Source: an uncultured Methanosarcinales archaeon (GTDB taxonomy: Archaea; Nanobdellota; Nanobdellia; Woesearchaeales; SKGA01). Taken from it: 64,000 bases of DNA. Of this stretch, positions 59,139 to 64,000 are shown one piece after another. The stretch covers positions 8,453 to 72,452 of the forward strand of contig CAYRYB010000006.1 in assembly GCA_964428395.1 (NCBI GenBank). Direction: 5' to 3'. A model generated the notes under the pieces. It saw nothing but the letters and a program-made list of their open reading frames with translations, ran no database searches and was not told where the DNA came from. Made by a program: the position numbers and the translations under genes. Positions within the stretch are counted from its first letter, which is position 1. Every line of letters begins with the position of its first letter.

Positions 59139-60485
59139 TTATTTTCCCATCATTTTGCGAAGCATCGGATTCATATCTTCCATATGTTGCTTAGCAATGT
59201 CTTCATATAATTTATAGATTATCATAACGGTAAGAAGTAAACCTGTTCCACTACCAAATGTTCCTGCCATATTTGCAATAGCCGCAAGAAAACCAATGAA
59301 AAGTCCACCCATGATAGTTAAAGGGTAAATATATTTTTTAAGTAAGCGCTCAAGCACTCGCTGATCTTTTCTAAAGCCAGGAATCTGCAAACCAGACGCC
59401 ATCATTTGTTTAGCTTGTGAACGTGGATCAAGACCTGACGTCTGCATCCAAAACCAACTAAAGAGCATAGAAGCGGCCATGAAGAAAATGAGATAGCTCA
59501 CGCTCTGCGCAATGAGTAAACCGGTCGTGTTTCCTTCAATAATGTGCTGTAAAAGATTGGTATTTGTTAAAAAAGGAATAATGTGTGAACTAAACCAGCT
59601 TGTTCCTCCACCAAGTGAACTAAACAATCGCAAATTTGCAACAAGTGCAGAAACAAGTATTACAGGTAAAACATTTGTGTACACAAAATTTAATGGCCAA
59701 CGAATACCTTGCCCTCTTATACGACCAAACGATAAGGGAATTTCTACTTTCATCGCTTGCGCATAAACGACAATCGCAAAAACGAGTAATGTTGCAACAA
59801 GAGCACCAATTTCAAGACCTGCCGTTGTTGCCTGCCCGCTTGACAATGCTTGTAATAACTTTGGAATTGCACCTACATAGGCATCATGATTTACAATACC
59901 TGTTGCTTCTATTGGGTGCAAGGGACTTAATGCTTGAATAAAAATTCGTTGAGATACGCCTGCAGCAATGAAAAGTGAAACACCACTTCCAAAACCCCAC
60001 TTATTAAGAAGGTCATCTAAAAACACAATAATGGTTCCACCAATAAACAATTGCAGTATAACTGCTCCAGCATAACCAGAGACTGGTTGCAAACCACCCA
60101 TCTTCACATAAATAATTCCTTCTAGCAAAATAAAAAAATAGGTTAAAAGTTTTTGTGTACCTTGAAACAAAACTTTTCCTTCAGAGGTTGAAGTGTCAAT
60201 ACCTATGAGACCAGAACCAGCCAGTAATTGTAAGACGATGGATGCTGTTACAATAGGTCCAATACCTAGAGAAATAATTGAACCAAAACTTGCCCCAAGC
60301 ACAACAGAAAGAAATTGAAAATTACGTAAAGGAGCAGCGTCTAAACCAAAAATAGGAACTGCACCCAAGATAAAAAAAATAAGCAGAACAAGACCTGTCC
60401 AAATGAGCTTCTGCTTAAAAGAGAGATGCTTTTGTGTTGGCGATTTTACTTCCGGAAGGAAGCGAAGTAAGTCTTTATAACCCAT
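59139..60485 (-). CDS. secY: Preprotein translocase subunit SecY
   Basis: 448 aa with 10 TM helices and a SecY/Sec61alpha pattern. Lies at the end of the uL15 operon. Confidence 0.9.
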   Translation of the reverse strand: MGYKDLLRFLPEVKSPTQKHLSFKQKLIWTGLVLLIFFILGAVPIFGLDAAPLRNFQFLSVVLGASFGSIISLGIGPIVTASIVLQLLAGSGLIGIDTSTSEGKVLFQGTQKLLTYFFILLEGIIYVKMGGLQPVSGYAGAVILQLFIGGTIIVFLDDLLNKWGFGSGVSLFIAAGVSQRIFIQALSPLHPIEATGIVNHDAYVGAIPKLLQALSSGQATTAGLEIGALVATLLVFAIVVYAQAMKVEIPLSFGRIRGQGIRWPLNFVYTNVLPVILVSALVANLRLFSSLGGGTSWFSSHIIPFLTNTNLLQHIIEGNTTGLLIAQSVSYLIFFMAASMLFSWFWMQTSGLDPRSQAKQMMASGLQIPGFRKDQRVLERLLKKYIYPLTIMGGLFIGFLAAIANMAGTFGSGTGLLLTVMIIYKLYEDIAKQHMEDMNPMLRKMMGK

Positions 60486-60553
60486 CCTGTTATCCCTTAT
60501 TATACTTCAGTTAAAAAAACTTCCCATTCAACAAACGCTTACTTAAATGGCGT

Positions 60554-61072
60554 TTAGTCTACTTTTTTTGAACTAGGAATTATTTTTTCTACTGAAGCTG
60601 ATTCTTTAACTAACTCTTTAGCTTTATGTATAACAACAGTTCCTTTTGCTGATTCTATCTTTTTAATTGCACCGGGCGTAGCAACCGCAATAATAATATC
60701 ATACGCTACCAATGGTTTACCCGTTCCTAAAAGCTTATTGTACTTTGTTGTTGTGAAATCAACACTGAATTTGTTTGGACTGTTTTTATCTTGCTTTGCA
60801 ACACCTAACCTAACAAATTTTTCAATAGAAACATTAAGTTGAGCGATAGATATTGCAGTAACTTTTTTTGTTGTTGGATTAGTAAAACCAAACTTGCCTG
60901 CCATACGCTTGTCTTTCCAAAAGGAAGGCTTTTTTGCATCCCCTCGCTTACCAGAACCTGCATTACCTCGACCACCGCGATGACCAGCTCCACGATGCTT
61001 TTTCTTTTCACCGTGACCGTGAGTCCAAGATCCTCTTTGCCTACTGTTTTTTTTACGAAGATTATCAGTCAT
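60554..61072 (-). CDS. rpl15: 50S ribosomal protein uL15
   Basis: Gly/Arg/His-rich N-terminus (GHGEKKKHRGAGHRGGRGNAGSGKRG), typical of uL15. Confidence 0.8.
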   Translation of the reverse strand: MTDNLRKKNSRQRGSWTHGHGEKKKHRGAGHRGGRGNAGSGKRGDAKKPSFWKDKRMAGKFGFTNPTTKKVTAISIAQLNVSIEKFVRLGVAKQDKNSPNKFSVDFTTTKYNKLLGTGKPLVAYDIIIAVATPGAIKKIESAKGTVVIHKAKELVKESASVEKIIPSSKKVD

Positions 61073-61084
61073 TATGTATCACAT

Positions 61085-61447
61085 TCACATCATTTTTTTA
61101 AGTAATTCATTAATTGCTTCCTTACGGTTACCTAAAACACCACCAGTAACAAAAGATTTTTTAATACCCTTTCTTTCAAAGCCACCAATAGGAGGAGCTA
61201 GAAAAAATATTCTATTCTCTTTGCTTTTTTTCCCTCGCTTTGTAATAAGTTCTTTAAGCACTTCTTCGGATATGGGCCCAAACGTAATGTAATCTTGCGA
61301 CTTCTTGAGCATACCACGAATAGTTGGTGAGTCTTCTACAATTACACAAGCATGTTTTTTTCTAAGATTGAGAAATGCAAGTGTTTCTTTGATGTTCCTA
61401 TTTATTCCTACAAGACCGCGAATGAGAATTACTGCTAATTTACTCAT
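61085..61447 (-). CDS. rpl30: 50S ribosomal protein uL30
   Basis: MSKLAVILIRGLVGINRNIKETLAFLNLRKKHACVIVEDSPTIRGML is the uL30 pattern. Confidence 0.8.
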   Translation of the reverse strand: MSKLAVILIRGLVGINRNIKETLAFLNLRKKHACVIVEDSPTIRGMLKKSQDYITFGPISEEVLKELITKRGKKSKENRIFFLAPPIGGFERKGIKKSFVTGGVLGNRKEAINELLKKMM

Positions 61448-62429
61448 CCTGCTTCACCTCTTTAGAAGTAGATTGTTTTTTAATTGTAGACGAAACAACC
61501 TTTTTTTTGGTACTTGCTTTTTTTGCAACTTTGCCTTTTGTTTTCCCCAAGTCTTTTTTCGTTTCTTTTTTGGAAGCGCTTTTGGAAGTCCCTTTGGCTT
61601 TTTCTTTAGCATTCTCTTTAGCATTTTCTTCTTTTGCTTCTTTTTCTGTTGAAACAGGGACTGCTGCTAAATTCTCTTCTACTTCAATAAACAAAGGTTT
61701 TTCTGTTTCACCATAAGAACCATCTACAACTGCCAACACGTCTCTTTGTGAAGGTTGCACGGTTACTTGTGAAAGCTTTCGCAGTGCTTGCATTGTTGCT
61801 TTAATAACATTGATTTTATTTTTCTTTTGACCAAAGCTTTTTGACCAAACATTTTGGATACCAGCTAGCTTGAGAATCTTCGCAACTTCTTTATCGCAAA
61901 TAAGCCCTTTACCTTTTGGCGCAGGAAGAAGTTTAATAATATATGAACCACACTTCCCCTCGACAGCAAAGGGAATAGAATGGGGTTCTACACTTTGATC
62001 TTCCCAAGAACCAGTTCCACGTCTAATGAGCATGATATTTAATTTTGCTTGACGAAACGCTTTTTCTCTTGCGGGAACAGTTTCTTTTGACTTGCCATAA
62101 CCAACACCCACATGTCCATTGCCATCCCCTGCAACAGCAAAAGTTGCAAATTTTGGTCTATTTCCTTCTCTCGTCTTTTTTTGCGTTTGACGAAAAACTC
62201 TTCGTTGACCACCACCAAATTTTCCTTTGGCCTGACCAATAAGTAAAAGTTCTGATTCTGTCTTGAGTAAGGCGTCAACAATCTCTGTTTCTAAAATTCT
62301 TTTACCACTACCCAGAATTTCATCAATGTCTTTTATTTCTCCTGATTTTACTTTTCTACCTATCTCTGTTTTTGGTTGCCAAGAAGTGATATCAAATATT
62401 TTTTTTAAGTTTTCAGCCATGAAAGTCAC
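61440..62429 (-). CDS. rps5: 30S ribosomal protein uS5 with a ~100-aa Lys/Glu-rich C-terminal extension
   Basis: FATFAVAGDGNGHVGVGYGKSKETVPAREKA...KLLPAPKGKGLICDKEVAKILKLAGIQNVWSKSFG is the uS5 core. The tail EKEAKEENAKENAKEKAKGTSKSASKKETKKD... Confidence 0.8.
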   Translation of the reverse strand: MTFMAENLKKIFDITSWQPKTEIGRKVKSGEIKDIDEILGSGKRILETEIVDALLKTESELLLIGQAKGKFGGGQRRVFRQTQKKTREGNRPKFATFAVAGDGNGHVGVGYGKSKETVPAREKAFRQAKLNIMLIRRGTGSWEDQSVEPHSIPFAVEGKCGSYIIKLLPAPKGKGLICDKEVAKILKLAGIQNVWSKSFGQKKNKINVIKATMQALRKLSQVTVQPSQRDVLAVVDGSYGETEKPLFIEVEENLAAVPVSTEKEAKEENAKENAKEKAKGTSKSASKKETKKDLGKTKGKVAKKASTKKKVVSSTIKKQSTSKEVKQDE

Positions 62430-62978
62430 CTATGATACTATTTTTTTCTTTACTCCATCGATTGTTTGAGAAAGCTTTTTTACATCAAGTTTCTTTTTTT
62501 CGTATCCTGAGAAATCAGCTTTCGTGTTTTCTTGAATGTGCTTGCCACTTAAGCGGTCTTCTGATGGAAAAATCTCTTTTGAACTAGGAACAATGATACC
62601 TGCATCAATAACTCCTTTTAATGCAGCATAAATTCTAGACCCTGCTTTTGGTGTTTGCAAACCAATATCTAAAATCGCTTCTTTAATATTTTTCTTGACT
62701 GCTTGGGATCCTGCAACAAGACCTGCTAAATAGCAGGCGGGCAATGAATTTTTAGAATATGACCAACCAAAGTCTTCTAGTTTTTTAGAGTGAAACGTTA
62801 AAAGCACTTTATCTCCATTTGGATGATAATTGATAAATTGAATAATAACAGCGGTATTTGAACGACGAATAACAAGACGGGTCTTTTTACTTTTCAGTAA
62901 TTCAAGACGCTTTTTATAATTAGTTTTGCCTTCTCTTTTTCTCCTAAATGCTAATGTGTAAATAGCGTTCTTTGCCAT
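62430..62978 (-). CDS. rpl18: 50S ribosomal protein uL18
   Basis: FRRKREGKTNYKKRLELLKSKKTRLVIRRSNTAVIIQFI is the archaeal uL18/eL5-type N-terminus. Confidence 0.8.
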   Translation of the reverse strand: MAKNAIYTLAFRRKREGKTNYKKRLELLKSKKTRLVIRRSNTAVIIQFINYHPNGDKVLLTFHSKKLEDFGWSYSKNSLPACYLAGLVAGSQAVKKNIKEAILDIGLQTPKAGSRIYAALKGVIDAGIIVPSSKEIFPSEDRLSGKHIQENTKADFSGYEKKKLDVKKLSQTIDGVKKKIVS

Positions 62979-62979
62979 T

Positions 62980-63438
62980 TTATTGCTCCTTTTTCCTCGT
63001 GAGATTCTGTTCTTTTATGTAAACTTTAATGTGACGGCGATTACGAAAGAAACCGCCCTTTGCTTTTCTGTAAAGTGATTTGTATACTTTTTCTGTTACT
63101 ACTTTTCCTTCACGCAGACTTGCTAATAACAAACGTTGTGCTCGTATCTTAGCAATCCAAGATTCCTTTCTGGAAATAATTGCTGTTTTTTTTCCTTTCC
63201 GTTTTCCCGGACCTCGTTGCAAACCCTTACCTCTTTGAATTGCACGATGATTTGCTCTTACTCGAGAGATTCCTTTTTTTTGTTCTTTTGCAATGACGCC
63301 CTCACTTATCAATGCTCTAATATCTGCTTTTGTGATTGCCTCTTTAATATCTGCTAATCTATTAGGTGCAAACCACACTCTTTTAAGTGAACACTTAAGT
63401 ATGCTCGCTGCCAGTCGTTTTTGTACGTTTAGTTTCAT
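62980..63438 (-). CDS. rpl19e: 50S ribosomal protein eL19
   Basis: MKLNVQKRLAASILKCSLKRVWF...RGKGLQRGPGKRKGKK is the eL19 pattern. Confidence 0.85.
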   Translation of the reverse strand: MKLNVQKRLAASILKCSLKRVWFAPNRLADIKEAITKADIRALISEGVIAKEQKKGISRVRANHRAIQRGKGLQRGPGKRKGKKTAIISRKESWIAKIRAQRLLLASLREGKVVTEKVYKSLYRKAKGGFFRNRRHIKVYIKEQNLTRKKEQ

Positions 63439-63449
63439 CTCTTAAGCAC

Positions 63450-63962
63450 CTATTCTTTCTTTGTAAGAACTTTATCATGTTCTTTTTTCTCTTCTAGCTT
63501 AACATCTTTTTTTGTGTTCTCTTTATCTGAAGGCAAGACTTTGTCTGCTAGTTCTGCTTTTACAGTCTTAGCAGTTTCTGCTTTTTTCTCATCTGCTTTT
63601 TTAGCTTCTGCTTTCGCCGCCTTCGCCTTTGCCCTTTTTGATTCTTTTCGCTTTAAGATATCCTTTTTCCTAGCCTTTTTACTAAGAAGTTTTTTACTAA
63701 TGGAATCTCTTACTTTTTTTATGTCAAGATTTAAAATAGTAAATTTGTTTTTTTCTGCGAAAGCAACTAAGCTCAAACGCTTTTTGTCGCCAACAGTACC
63801 TGCAATAATTATGCCATCTTTTGTTGCATCTAACGATGAAAAATCTTTAAGATTGGCAACAATGTTTTGCGAAAGACCCTGTATTGAAAGATTTCTTACT
63901 GCTACTGGTGAACCATAACCTGTTGATCTGCCTCTAGCGTACCCTTTTTTGTGAAGACGCAT
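63450..63962 (-). CDS. rpl32e: 50S ribosomal protein eL32 with a Lys/Ala/Glu-rich C-terminal extension
   Basis: HKKGYARGRSTGYGSPVAVRN...IIIAGTVGDKKRLSLVAFAEKNKFTILN is the eL32 core. The C-terminal ~80 aa are KAKAAKAEAKKADEKK-like. Confidence 0.75.
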   Translation of the reverse strand: MRLHKKGYARGRSTGYGSPVAVRNLSIQGLSQNIVANLKDFSSLDATKDGIIIAGTVGDKKRLSLVAFAEKNKFTILNLDIKKVRDSISKKLLSKKARKKDILKRKESKRAKAKAAKAEAKKADEKKAETAKTVKAELADKVLPSDKENTKKDVKLEEKKEHDKVLTKKE

Positions 63963-64000
63963 CTTGTTTTGTCTTCCCGTCGGTCTTCTCCAGACCGTTC

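Noticed and set aside
61305-61716. Phe-rich and Ala/Ser-rich plus-strand ORFs (61305-61652, 61507-61716)
   Set aside because: They are antisense to the Lys/Glu-rich tail of the uS5 gene. Their composition is low-complexity, and they sit inside a conserved r-protein operon.

Overview
This window reads as a low-GC (about one-third GC) archaeal chromosomal segment, probably from a small-genome lineage; this is an inference from the gene content (eL19, eL32, eL34, eL14, RadA/RadB, PCNA, Pelota, AglB, a DUF106 YidC homologue next to SecY). Layout from left to right:

- **1-1500:** a GC-richer block (about 50% GC) with a partial CDS and a surface-protein gene, followed by an intron-containing tRNA gene on the minus strand.
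- **2.7-11 kb:** a cluster of large secreted or membrane-anchored surface proteins. One has He_PIG/cadherin-like tandem domains, two of them sharing a 290-bp perfectly identical segment 594 bp apart.
- **11.4-30 kb:** a protein N-glycosylation and glycan-biosynthesis island. It holds a geranylgeranyl-reductase-like gene, AglB/STT3 oligosaccharyltransferase, two SMR/EamA-like 4-TM half transporters, Dol-P-sugar synthase-type GT2s, an ArnT/PMT-like GT-C, GT9, GT4, a Wzx-like flippase and five SAM methyltransferase genes, one of them frameshifted.
- **30.4-33.6 kb:** RNA m5U and m5C methyltransferases and a truncated NFACT-N protein.
- **34-39 kb:** a PduO-type cob(I)alamin adenosyltransferase and two tandem class II (adenosylcobalamin-dependent) ribonucleotide reductase paralogues. 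The adenosyltransferase and the catalytically canonical RNR are each preceded by a pair of bacterial-type NrdR-box-like palindromes spaced 32 bp apart. The upstream paralogue lacks the catalytic N-x-C-x-E residues and both redox cysteines.
- **39-56 kb:** YjbQ, PCNA, an RNase J-like beta-CASP nuclease, tRNA-Leu(CAA), ScpB, GyrA, RadB, uS2, a TRAM protein, a TrmB-like regulator, Pelota and RadA.
- **56.8-57.0 kb:** a dense GTCTCA/TGAGAC repeat array that contains an ORB-like dyad plus G-string.
- **57.5-64 kb:** the end of the ribosomal-protein/SecY operon on the minus strand.

No CRISPR array, transposase or integrase was recognised.
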